A DNA stretch of 64,000 nt from an uncultured delta proteobacterium (lineage in GTDB: Bacteria; Desulfobacterota; Binatia; UBA9968): assembly GCA_963737905.1 (NCBI GenBank), contig CAVTUQ010000007.1:160001-224000 (forward strand). Direction: 5' to 3'. A model generated the notes under the pieces. The model saw nothing but the letters and a program-made list of their open reading frames with translations, had not been told where the DNA came from and ran no database searches. The translations under genes were made by a program, and so were the position numbers. This document shows, in pieces, positions 37,932-47,575 of this stretch; within the stretch, counting starts at the first letter, position 1, and every line of letters starts with the position of its first letter.

Positions 37932-40133
37932 ATGAGCAAGGAAGTAAAAATCACCGACCTTGTAGATCAGGTTCAATCCTATTATCCGGCCGCGGATGTC
38001 GAACTCATCCGGAAAGCTTACGATTTTTCCGCCAAAGTGCATCAAGGGCAGAAACGGCTCTCCGGGGAACCTTATTTGATTCACCCGATGGCTGTGGCCG
38101 GCGTCATTGCCGACTTGAAGATGGACGTGCCTAGCGTCATCGGTGGTTTACTGCATGACACGGTGGAAGACACTCTGACGACGCTGGAAGAACTGAAAAG
38201 TATTTTTGGTCGAGAGATCGCCTCCTTGGTGGACGGCGTCACCAAACTCAGTCGGACGAATTTCAACAGCCGGGAAGAAAAACAGGCGGAAAACTTTCGC
38301 AAGATGCTGTTGGCCATGGGAAAGGACGTCCGCGTGATTCTCATCAAGCTCGCGGACCGGGTTCACAACATGCGCACCCTCGATCATTTGCCGCTTGAAA
38401 AACAGATTCTGACCGCCGAAGAAACGCTGGATATTTATGCGCCCATGGCGCATCGCTTGGGGGTCGCTTGGATCAAAACCGAACTTGAAGATCTTGCCCT
38501 CAAGTATTTGCACCCGGAGATCTACTACCAGCTGAAGCGCAATGTCGCCAAAAAGAAGAGTGATCGCGAAAAATACATCGCCGAAGTCATCTCCGTCATT
38601 AAAAGAAAGCTTGATGGCGAGGGTATCGAGGCGGATATTACGGGCCGGCCGAAGCACTTTTTCAGTATCTACCAAAAGATGGAAAGCCAGAACCTTCTCT
38701 ACGACCAGATCTACGACTTGGTCGCCTTTCGGATTTTGGTAGATACGCTGAGGGAATGTTATGAAACGTTGGGCGTGATCCATTCCCAATGGCGTCCCGT
38801 ACCGGGACGATTCAAGGACTACATCGCATTACCGAAGCCGAACATGTATCAGTCCTTACACACGAGTGTGATCGGGCCTTACGGTGAGCGGATCGAAATC
38901 CAAATCCGCACCCATGAGATGCATCGTGTCGCCGAGGAGGGAATCGCGGCCCACTGGCGTTATAAAGATGGGACCGATTTCCGGGTTAACGATAACCAGC
39001 GCTTTGCTTGGCTTAGGCAATTGCTAGAGTGGCAGCAAAACCTGCAGGACCCGCAAGAATTTTTGCACAGTCTTAAAGACGATCTTTTTACCACGGAACT
39101 TTATGTGTTTACGCCCAATGGTGACCTGTTGAATTTCCCCAAAGGGTCGACGGTTATCGATTTCGCGTACCGAATTCATTCCGACATCGGCCATCACTGC
39201 TCCGGAGCACGGGTCAACGGGCAGTTGGTTGCTCTAAAGTACATATTGCGCAGCGGTGATACCGTGGAGATTATCACGACACCTCAGCAGGTCCCGTCCC
39301 GGGATTGGCTGAAGCTGGTGAAAACGCCCCGGGCCAAAGCCAAAATCCGAGACTGGTTAAAATCACAACAGCGCGAAAGAAGCGTGGCGCTCGGACGAGA
39401 GATTCTCGACAGCGACCTGCATCGCTACGGATTGGATTACCCCACCTTGCGTAAAGAAGGCCACATCGGTTCCTTGACGAAAGAGTTAGGGCTGAAGGAC
39501 GAAGAGGCCCTTCTAGCCGCTCTCGGATATGGAAGAATAACTCCCAGGCATGTGCTCGCCAAGTTGGTTCCTCCGGAGAAACTTGATGGGGCCCACAAGA
39601 AGAAGGAAGGTTCTTTGGAGCGTCTCTTTCGGCTGGCGTCAGGGCAGAAGCAGGGTTTGGGTATTCGAGTGAAGGGTGTTGATGATGTCTTGGTGAGATT
39701 CGCTCTATGTTGTCATCCTTTGCCGGGAGAGCAGATCGTCGGTTTCATCACTCGAGGGAGAGGCGTTACCGTTCATACGGTGGGTTGTCCGACGGTTCTC
39801 GAAAGTGACCCTCATCGCAAGATCGAGGTGAGTTGGGAAGAAAAAAGCGGTCAGACACCGCGCGCGGTGAAAATAGAAGTTACCTGCATAGACCAACCCG
39901 GCCTCTTGGCAGCTATTAGCTCCGCGATTACGAGCGCGGAAGCCAACATTGCGCGGGCTCAGGTAAGAACGTTCTCGGGCCAGAAGGCGCTCAACATCTT
40001 CGACGTGATGATCAAGAATTCCAAACATCTCCAGCAGGTGTTACAGAATATCTCAAAAGTGAAGGGCGTTTACAAAGCCGTCCGTGGGCGCGGTCGAACG
40101 GGAGCGGAGGTCCGGGACCCGGCGGTCCAGTGA
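37932..40133 (+). CDS. relA: Long RelA/SpoT homologue, (p)ppGpp synthetase/hydrolase
   Basis: HD motif LLHDTVED, KLADRVHN, RFKDYIA.PK.N.YQSLHT, TGS, CC and ACT domains. Confidence 0.95.
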   Translation: MSKEVKITDLVDQVQSYYPAADVELIRKAYDFSAKVHQGQKRLSGEPYLIHPMAVAGVIADLKMDVPSVIGGLLHDTVEDTLTTLEELKSIFGREIASLVDGVTKLSRTNFNSREEKQAENFRKMLLAMGKDVRVILIKLADRVHNMRTLDHLPLEKQILTAEETLDIYAPMAHRLGVAWIKTELEDLALKYLHPEIYYQLKRNVAKKKSDREKYIAEVISVIKRKLDGEGIEADITGRPKHFFSIYQKMESQNLLYDQIYDLVAFRILVDTLRECYETLGVIHSQWRPVPGRFKDYIALPKPNMYQSLHTSVIGPYGERIEIQIRTHEMHRVAEEGIAAHWRYKDGTDFRVNDNQRFAWLRQLLEWQQNLQDPQEFLHSLKDDLFTTELYVFTPNGDLLNFPKGSTVIDFAYRIHSDIGHHCSGARVNGQLVALKYILRSGDTVEIITTPQQVPSRDWLKLVKTPRAKAKIRDWLKSQQRERSVALGREILDSDLHRYGLDYPTLRKEGHIGSLTKELGLKDEEALLAALGYGRITPRHVLAKLVPPEKLDGAHKKKEGSLERLFRLASGQKQGLGIRVKGVDDVLVRFALCCHPLPGEQIVGFITRGRGVTVHTVGCPTVLESDPHRKIEVSWEEKSGQTPRAVKIEVTCIDQPGLLAAISSAITSAEANIARAQVRTFSGQKALNIFDVMIKNSKHLQQVLQNISKVKGVYKAVRGRGRTGAEVRDPAVQ

Positions 40134-40152
40134 TGCGCGATGACGGCGGTGC

Positions 40153-40344
40153 TTATGCAACTTTTTGAACGCGTCCAGAATGAATACAGTCCGTGCAAAC
40201 CAAAGCGCGCTTCACCTGCCCGTTAAAGTTGGCCCTAACGCGCTGCAGATTGGGGCGCCAAGAGCGCTTGCTCTTGTTGTTGGCGTGACTGACGTTGTGG
40301 CCGACCGAGCGGCCCTTCCCGCAAATGGAACAAATCCGCGCCAT
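40153..40344 (-). CDS. rpmB: 50S ribosomal protein L28
   Basis: [10 protein letters not shown]...[18 protein letters not shown]. Confidence 0.96.
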   Translation of the reverse strand: MARICSICGKGRSVGHNVSHANNKSKRSWRPNLQRVRANFNGQVKRALVCTDCIHSGRVQKVA

Positions 40345-40349
40345 ATTTT

Positions 40350-40820
40350 TTAACTCCTTATCTTCGCAATGATTTCCGTCGTCGAGAAGCCCTTCAAATA
40401 GGGAACGACAACGATTTTACCGCCAGTCCTTCTGACGAGATCGGCGCCTACGACTGCTTCGGCGGACCAATCGCCGCCTTTAACAAGTATGTTTGGGCGC
40501 AAGATCGAAATAACATTGTACGGATCCGGCTCGTCAAACAACAGCACGTAATTTACCATCTCCATTGCGGCAATCAACTCAAGTCGATCGGTCTCCGATA
40601 CGATTGGGCGGCTCGGTCCCTTAATCGTCTTAACGGATCGGTCGCTGTTGACAGCGACGACCAGCAGATCCCCCAGCGCCTTGGCCTCCCGCAAAAGGTA
40701 GATGTGTCCCCGATGGATCAGGTCAAAACAGCCGTTGGCAAAAACTACAATCTTTCCATTTGTTCTCGCGGCGGCGGTGAGCGTCTTAAGCTCGTCTAGG
40801 CTTTTAACCTTGTCCGACAC
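40350..40820 (-). CDS. rfaE2: D-glycero-beta-D-manno-heptose 1-phosphate adenylyltransferase (HldE domain II, stand-alone)
   Basis: [36 protein letters not shown]; likely GTG start at 40820. Confidence 0.92.
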   Translation of the reverse strand: MSDKVKSLDELKTLTAAARTNGKIVVFANGCFDLIHRGHIYLLREAKALGDLLVVAVNSDRSVKTIKGPSRPIVSETDRLELIAAMEMVNYVLLFDEPDPYNVISILRPNILVKGGDWSAEAVVGADLVRRTGGKIVVVPYLKGFSTTEIIAKIRS

Positions 40821-40890
40821 ATTCAATGGGTAACATGAGAAACTGGGGTTTTCAATTGGAAGTTCCCGTGTTTCAAGGATATTCGATGTC

Positions 40891-40919
40891 TTGACCCACC
40901 CGCAAATTTTCGCTAAGGT
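40891..40919 (+). promoter_or_regulatory. Putative sigma70 promoter of ubiD
   Basis: TTGACC-N17-TAAGGT in the divergent intergenic region, about 60 nt upstream of ATG 40980. Confidence 0.5.
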
Positions 40920-40979
40920 CGAAGGCAACTCGAAAACGCCGCACTTTTGTCACCTCGTTCCCGAAATCAGGAGGAAAAA

Positions 40980-42419
40980 ATGGAATATCAAGATCTTAGA
41001 GATTGGATCGAAATCGCCGATGAAATGGGGGAGTTAAAAACCCTCAAAGGCTGTGACTGGAACCTAGAAATTGGCGCCGTTACCGAGCTGGTGGCCCACA
41101 AAGAAGACGGTCCCGCCGTTTTGTTTGACGATATTAAGGGTTATCCAGCGGGCTACCGGGTGTTGTCCAATTCCCTTGCCTCGAGGAAACGGCTGGCGTT
41201 GACCCTCGGTCTTCCGGCGGGCGACACTAAAATGGACTTCGTCAAAATCTGGAAAGACAACTACAAGAATATCAAACCCGTTCCGGCGAAGTTTGTTAAG
41301 AAGAGCCCGCTATTTGATAACGTTTACAAAGACGGCGACATCGATATGTTTAAGTTCCCAACGCCGTTTTGGCACGACAAGGATGGGGGACGCTACATCG
41401 GCACCGGGAGCGTAGACATCACACGCGACCCGGACGAAGGATGGGTGAATTACGGTACTTACCGCGTCATGATTCATGACAAGAATAAGGTGGGATTCTA
41501 CATTTCGCCTGGTAAGCACGGCCGCATGCAACGCGATAAATACGCCGCCAACGGTCAGCCCTTTAAGATGGCTATGTCGTTCGGCCACGATCCGCTGACC
41601 TTTTTGGCGGGGAGCATCGAAGTTCCTTACGGCGTTCCCGAATATGAATTTATTGGCGGTATTCGTGGCGAACCGTTCGAAATGATCGAAGGCGAGTACT
41701 CCGGACTACCGATTCCGGCAAACGCCGAGATCGTCATTGAGGGCGATGTACATTTCGATAATCCAAAGGTCGAAGGTCCATTCGGTGAATGGACGGGTTA
41801 TTATGCTAGCGCAGAACGGTCGGAACCCTGGGTGGAAGTGAAGCGGCTTTACCACCGCAACAATCCGATCATCCTCGGTTCCCCTCCTGGCCGGCCTCCT
41901 TCAGAGCTCGGGTGGTACCGCTCTTACCTCCGTTCCGCGCTAATTTGGGACGAGATGGAGAAGGCCGGTGTGCCGGATGTCAAAGGGGTTTGGCTTACCG
42001 TGTCGGGCGGCAGCCGGCTGATGATGGTGGTTTCGATCAAGCAGCGATATCCGGGCCATGCCAAGCAAGCCGCCGTCATTGCATCGCAATGCCACGCTGG
42101 CGCCTATCTCGGCCGTTTCGTGGTGGTGGTCGACGATGACATCGATCCGTCGAACACGGACGACGTCATCTGGGCCATGGGTACCCGCTGCGAACCGGAA
42201 CAGGATATCGACATCCTCCGCCGTTGCTGGAGCGGGCCGCTCGATCCCGTCATTCAAGTGGGCAAGAAAGGCTTCAACTCTCGCGCAATCATTGACGCGA
42301 CGCGGCCCTACGAGTGGATGAAAGACTTTCCGCCGGTGGCGGAATCTTCCAGAGAAGTTATGGACGCTACAGCCAAAAAGTGGGGCGCGGAGCTGTTCGG
42401 CAGCAACGGAAAAAAGTAG
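40980..42419 (+). CDS. UbiD-family (prFMN-dependent) decarboxylase
   Basis: GGRYIGT, GTYRVMI, EIVIEG, EGPFGEWTGYY, VVVVDDDIDP, LDP; AGGAGG RBS. Confidence 0.92.
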   Translation: MEYQDLRDWIEIADEMGELKTLKGCDWNLEIGAVTELVAHKEDGPAVLFDDIKGYPAGYRVLSNSLASRKRLALTLGLPAGDTKMDFVKIWKDNYKNIKPVPAKFVKKSPLFDNVYKDGDIDMFKFPTPFWHDKDGGRYIGTGSVDITRDPDEGWVNYGTYRVMIHDKNKVGFYISPGKHGRMQRDKYAANGQPFKMAMSFGHDPLTFLAGSIEVPYGVPEYEFIGGIRGEPFEMIEGEYSGLPIPANAEIVIEGDVHFDNPKVEGPFGEWTGYYASAERSEPWVEVKRLYHRNNPIILGSPPGRPPSELGWYRSYLRSALIWDEMEKAGVPDVKGVWLTVSGGSRLMMVVSIKQRYPGHAKQAAVIASQCHAGAYLGRFVVVVDDDIDPSNTDDVIWAMGTRCEPEQDIDILRRCWSGPLDPVIQVGKKGFNSRAIIDATRPYEWMKDFPPVAESSREVMDATAKKWGAELFGSNGKK

Positions 42420-42445
42420 AATCGGCTAGCGAATTTAAGTTGCGG

Positions 42446-43245
42446 TTACGAGGGCAAGTCGATCATAATAAGGGTCGGCTTGCCCTTTTTTGTGACTTCC
42501 AATTTGATCTGAGTCTCCGCCTTTCTGGACTGGACAAATGCCTCCAGTTCATGGGCGGATTGAATCGACTTGGTCGTCTCGCTTTCGTGATGACGTCTCC
42601 GCGTTGCATTCCCGCAACCATCGCGGCACTGCCTTTGGCCACGTCAACCACCAGAACGCCTCTCTGGAACGGAATGTCCAAAAGGGCTGCGACTTCTGCG
42701 GTCAAATCCTGCGCTTGGATGCCTGACCGTTTTTGTAACTCTCTGGTGGGAGGAGGAGTGTTGAGCGCCGGCAACGACTTGGATTTCGCTAGTACCTGGG
42801 TCGACGCGTAGATAGGCACTTTCATTCTCAAGGCGACGGCAAGGGCGTCGCTTGGTCGCGCATCGATCTGCAAGTCCTGACCCCTCATGACTAAGAATAG
42901 AACGGCGAAGTAGGTATTGCGCCGAAGGTCGGTAATCATCACCCGTTGCAGGGTTGCGCCTAATCCTTGGATGATGTTGCGAATCAGATCGTGAGTCAGC
43001 GGTCGCGGCGGTGTCACATGCTCAAGTTCGAGGGCAATGGCTCTTGCTTCGGGCACGTCGATCCAGATCGGCAGGAGTTTTTTGTCAGCCACGGTTTCAA
43101 GAACGACGATTGGGCTTTGTGTATTCGGATCGAGCATGAGAGTTTTGATTTTTGCCTCCACGGAGCTGATCTCTTGCGCGGCGTAGAGGCAGATAGGAAA
43201 GAAAAAGAGAAGCGATAACAGAAAAAGCCATGGGCTACGTTTCAT
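42446..43245 (-). CDS. Signal-peptide-bearing DUF151 (bifunctional nuclease) domain fused to a PDZ domain (frameshift near 42578)
   Basis: LPIWI...EA.AI, RPLTHDL, IDARPSDALAVALR; PDZ GVLVVDVAKGSAA..AGMQRGDVI. The PDZ end (SIQSAHELEAFVQS...IKLEVTKKGKPTLIMIDLPS*) is in another frame, with its stop at 42446-42448. Confidence 0.8.
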
Positions 43246-43396
43246 ACAAGCCTCCTTCGCTAGAGTGGTGGCTGTTATCCCATCGTTTCCTCTGCCCCAG
43301 CTTATCCGTGGCCGTTGGAGGATGTCAACAATGCCGTTTTTCTTGACCCGGTGATTCGGGCTGAGTTATTGTCGGCCCTAGGAGAGCTTTCCCGTC

Positions 43397-45131
43397 GTGA
43401 AAATTCACATTCTCTCGGATGAGATGGCGAGCCGCATCGCCGCCGGCGAGGTGGTCGAGCGTCCGGCGTCGGTGGTTAAGGAGCTCATAGAAAATTCCTT
43501 GGATGCCGGTGCGACGGAGATCTCCGTCTCCATTGAAAAGAGTGGCACGGCACTGATTTGCGTGACTGACAACGGTGAAGGCATGGGGTCTGAAGATCTC
43601 GCCCTAGCGGTAGAAAGACACGCGACGAGCAAACTGAGAAACGAAGAGGATCTCTTCCGCATCGCCACTTTGGGATTTAGGGGGGAAGCGTTGCCGAGTA
43701 TCGCCTCCGTTTCAAGGATGGAAATCGTGTCTCGCCTGCCCCTGTCGGAAACGGGATTCCGGATACGGATCGAAGGAGGAAAAAAGGCAGCGCCTTTGGT
43801 GACGGGTTCGCCACCGGGGACGAGTGTTGAGATCAGAGATATTTTTTTCAACACTCCGGCTCGACGCAAGTTTCTCAAATCGCCTGCTACTGAGCTGAGC
43901 CATATTTGTGACGTGTTTAACCGCATGGCGTTAGCCCATCCGGAGGTTCACTTTCGTCTCTCTCATGAGGGCAGGACGATTGCGGATCATGCAGTCGTGA
44001 ACCAGCTCAGCGATCGCTTTTATCAGGTTTTAGGGCGCGAAATCGCAAAGGATTTGATCCCTTTCTCTTGGGTCCGAGGCGATTTGCTTGCCAGCGGATA
44101 CCTAAGCTCTGTGCCGACTTCGTTCCCCAATTCGCGCTATCTTATTACATTTGTTAATCGCCGTTTTGTACGGGACAAGACGTTGACGCACGCGGTGTTG
44201 CAGGGCTATGAGACTTTGCTGATGAAGGGCCAGTATCCTGCGGTGGTCCTCTTTCTGGACATTCCGTCTGCCGAGGTAGACGTTAATGTCCATCCGGCAA
44301 AGTATGAAGTTAAGTTCCGCCGACAGTCGATCGTGCACGAAACGGTTGCCGAGGCCATTCAGCAAAAGCTAAAAGAAAAAGCCAAAGAACCGTCACGAAA
44401 CACATTCCCAACCATGTCCGGGCCGTTTGCCGGGGTGATGGAGGCGCAGCTACCGTATCGACCGTGTCGCAGAGCAAGAAAGGCACCCCGGGACGGATGC
44501 GTTTCCGATTTCCGGCGGCGGACACGCGGAATCGATCCCCAGTGGATTTTTCTCTTCTTTGAGTATCTTGGGCCAGATTCTTGGCTGCTATTTGGTTTGT
44601 TCCTCTCCGCAGGGATTGGCGCTTATCGATCAACATGCCGCCCACGAGCGGGTTTTCTTCGAAAAGTTCCGGCAACAATTGATTGGGGGGAATGTTCAGA
44701 AGCAGAGCCTACTCATCCCGCAAACGATTGAACTAACCGCCGGAGAGCTGATGCTCTTGGAGCAAAAACTTCCGGCCTTGGAGCGGTTGGGATTTCTTCT
44801 GGAGCCGTTCGGTCCTGCTTCCTACGCTATTACTGGAGTCCCGGCGCTTTTGCCGGAAGGTGATTACCGTCCCATCGTGCGACAAATGGTTGCGGAGTTG
44901 GCGGAGGTGGAGAATTCAGAGAAACTACGACAGCATCTGGAAGAGCGACTGGCGAGTATGGCATGCCATAGTGTTATACGGGCCAATCGTAAACTAGAAA
45001 TGCGCGAAATGCAGGCGCTGCTAAGCGAGCTGGATGGAATTGAATTTGCTACCCAATGTCCCCATGGTCGCCCGGTGCTGATCGAATTTGGCCGCGATGA
45101 GCTTGATCGGATGTTTAAGCGCGTGGTGTAG
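43397..45131 (+). CDS. mutL: DNA mismatch repair endonuclease MutL (frameshift in linker, about 44455-44540)
   Basis: IAAGEVVERPASVVKELIENS.DAGA, GFRGEAL, DVNVHP.K; C-terminal DQHAAHER and CPHGRP in the +1 frame. Confidence 0.92.
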
Positions 45132-45141
45132 TCTCTAGGGA

Positions 45142-45220
45142 GTTCTGGTTCAAGGTTCAAAGTTGCGGGTTCGAGGTTCTGAGTATTCACCTTGAACATT
45201 GAACCTTGAACTTTTGAACC
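45142..45220. repeat. Inverted heptamer tandem arrays (GTTCAAR)n ... (TTGAACN)n forming an imperfect hairpin
   Basis: gttctg gttcaag gttcaaa gttgcgg gttcgag gttctga - gtattcacc - ttgaaca ttgaacc ttgaact t ttgaacc, between mutL and miaA. Confidence 0.85.
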
Positions 45221-45245
45221 GAAAGGACCTCGTCCCCACTTTTCC

Positions 45246-46163
45246 ATGAAGCCTAAACTAGTGATTGTCCTTGGCCCTACGGCCGTGGGCAAGAGCGAGG
45301 TTGTGCTGGAGCTCGCGCCACAGCGAAATGCGGAGATCATCAACGCCGACTCGCAACAAGTGTACCGACAAATGGACATTGGCACGGCGAAGCCGTCTTC
45401 CAAGCTGCGCAAGAGGATTCCGCATCATGTGATCGATGTTGTTGATCCGGATCAAGAGTTTAATGCCGCCAAGTATCGGGAACTGGCTTCAGCCAGCATC
45501 CATGATATCCGGAAACGAGGCAAAGAGGCGATAGTCTGCGGTGGAACGGGACTGTACATCAAAGCGCTCACGCGGGGTTTGTTCGTTGGCCCCGCACAAA
45601 ACGCTGGAATCCGAGCAGCCCTCACCCTGGAGGCGGAGGGGAGTGGCCTCAGACCGCTTTACGAGCGGCTTGAGCGAGTCGATCCGTCAGCAACCTCATG
45701 GATTCATCCCAATGACCGACAGCGAATCATTCGCGCGCTGGAAGTTTATGAATTGACGGGCAAACCCATGAGCGAGTGGCAGAAAGAACATGGTTTCAAG
45801 GAGGGCCCTTTTGAGACACTCAAGATCGGAATGGTCCGTGACCGTGCAGAACTTTACAATTTAATCGATCAACGTTCTGACAGAATGATCGAAGAAGGCT
45901 TGGTCGACGAAGTGAAGGGCCTTTGTGAGAAAGGTTATGGCCTCGGTCTAAAACCGCTTCGAAGTGTTGGTTATAAGCATGTTGGATTTTTTCTCGAGGG
46001 GCAGATGACTTTGAAGGATGCCGTGTCTTTGATGAAAAGAGATACGCGCAGACTTGCCAAACGGCAACTCACGTGGTTTCGAAGCGATAAAGAGATTCGC
46101 TGGTTCCATCCCGAGCTTGAACGAGCAAAGATTAAAGGTTTAGTCGAAGAATTTTTGCATTAA
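45246..46163 (+). CDS. miaA: tRNA dimethylallyltransferase
   Basis: GPTAVGKS, NADSQQVYR.MDIGTAKP, GGTGLY, AKRQLTWF. Confidence 0.96.
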   Translation: MKPKLVIVLGPTAVGKSEVVLELAPQRNAEIINADSQQVYRQMDIGTAKPSSKLRKRIPHHVIDVVDPDQEFNAAKYRELASASIHDIRKRGKEAIVCGGTGLYIKALTRGLFVGPAQNAGIRAALTLEAEGSGLRPLYERLERVDPSATSWIHPNDRQRIIRALEVYELTGKPMSEWQKEHGFKEGPFETLKIGMVRDRAELYNLIDQRSDRMIEEGLVDEVKGLCEKGYGLGLKPLRSVGYKHVGFFLEGQMTLKDAVSLMKRDTRRLAKRQLTWFRSDKEIRWFHPELERAKIKGLVEEFLH

Positions 46164-46211
46164 ATCATGCCTGTCTCGCATGGGTTGCCGGGAAAGACTC
46201 ACGATCACGCG

Positions 46212-47468
46212 CTAGCAACAGGGGAGCGGATTTTCGATTAAATTATAGACATGATCGAAGGTGACTTCGTTGATGCGCGCGAGAATTTTGAAAGTCCGCG
46301 GCGGCTCGTTCTTGAGAAATACCATGATTGCGGTCTCGACGGGTGGACATCCGGCTTTCACGCAGGGAACCTCTTTGACCACAACCGGCGCGTCGGGGGG
46401 GAACGTTAGGATAGTCTGTACCCAGTAGCGAATCTGATCGAGAGTGAATTTGGAAACGTCTTGCTTACGACCGAAGGGGTCCACTTCATCGGCAGGGCCT
46501 GTGCCGTTGTCCGTGGTAATGCATTGCATGAAACCCTGAGTAATTTTGTCTTTGTCCAAGTCGCGACCGATAAAAACCAGGCGATTGAGCCGTTCTTCAT
46601 CCGCCGCCCACGCACGACCGGGCCGACCCTCAAAGAGCATATGGACGCCCTGAAAGACGAATTGGTCTGTGTCTTTGCGCAGGTTTAAAATGCCCTTCAT
46701 GCGCATGATTTTTTCGCCGAATTCGGCGATGAGCTCGCGAAACCACTGGCTCACTTTTACGCCATCCAGATCACCCGGTGTCGCGATGGCAACCGTTTCG
46801 ATGTCTTGGGTGTGACTGTGGTTGTGGTCGTGGTTTTGCGATTTCACTTCGAGCTCGAGAGCGCGTAAATCCAAGATCGTGCCGATATCGACATCGGAAT
46901 TCCTCGTCTGGCAGATTCGGGCCGCGCCGTTTAAATTACGAATCTTATATTCCAGCTCCGGTAAATCTTCGGGGTTGATGAGATCGATCTTGTTCAGCAG
47001 CACCATGTCGGCGAAGCCGATCTGTTCTTTCGCTTCGGGGGATTGTTTCAATTGTTGGTAGACGTGCTTGGCGTCGACAACGGTGACCACGCCGTTCAGT
47101 TGATATGCCGTCTTGATCCGATCGTCGATAAAAAAAGTTTGTACGACCGGTGCCGGATCAGCCAGACCCGTGGTCTCGATCATCAAGGTATCGAATTTCT
47201 CGCGGTGCTCGAGAAGCTGGAAAAGACTGCGCACAAGATCACCGCGCACGGTGCAACAGATGCAGCCGTTGCTCATTTCCACGACTTCCTGATCCGATGA
47301 GATCAACAAGTGGTGATCGATGCCCACTTCACCGAATTCATTGACAATCACGGCGACTCGGCGTCCGTGGTCCGCGGTCAGTATGCGGTTCAGCAATGTG
47401 GTCTTTCCAGCGCCTAAAAACCCCGTGAGGACGGTCACCGGGACTCTCTGATCATTCTCATTTGCCAT
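46212..47468 (-). CDS. CobW/COG0523 metallochaperone GTPase with extra Cys-rich C-terminal domain
   Basis: GFLGAGKTT, NEFGE, GCICC, ETTGLADP, NKID, CobW_C (RMKG..FQGVH); extension with CxxxGCPPVET and terminal CC. Confidence 0.9.
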   Translation of the reverse strand: MANENDQRVPVTVLTGFLGAGKTTLLNRILTADHGRRVAVIVNEFGEVGIDHHLLISSDQEVVEMSNGCICCTVRGDLVRSLFQLLEHREKFDTLMIETTGLADPAPVVQTFFIDDRIKTAYQLNGVVTVVDAKHVYQQLKQSPEAKEQIGFADMVLLNKIDLINPEDLPELEYKIRNLNGAARICQTRNSDVDIGTILDLRALELEVKSQNHDHNHSHTQDIETVAIATPGDLDGVKVSQWFRELIAEFGEKIMRMKGILNLRKDTDQFVFQGVHMLFEGRPGRAWAADEERLNRLVFIGRDLDKDKITQGFMQCITTDNGTGPADEVDPFGRKQDVSKFTLDQIRYWVQTILTFPPDAPVVVKEVPCVKAGCPPVETAIMVFLKNEPPRTFKILARINEVTFDHVYNLIENPLPCC

Positions 47469-47575
47469 CGGCGTCAAGTACCTCCGCAATTCTCCTTTGA
47501 AAAAATAACAACGGGGCGGAGTTGAGTCAACCTGGAAGCAATTGTATATCTAGTCCAATTGCGGAGGTTTGTCAG

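Noticed and set aside
43397-45131. mutL, yicC and glycan genes as true pseudogenes or phase-variable loci
   Set aside because: The shifts are not in long homopolymer or SSR tracts, affect housekeeping genes too, and share the same direction. Sequencing error is more parsimonious.
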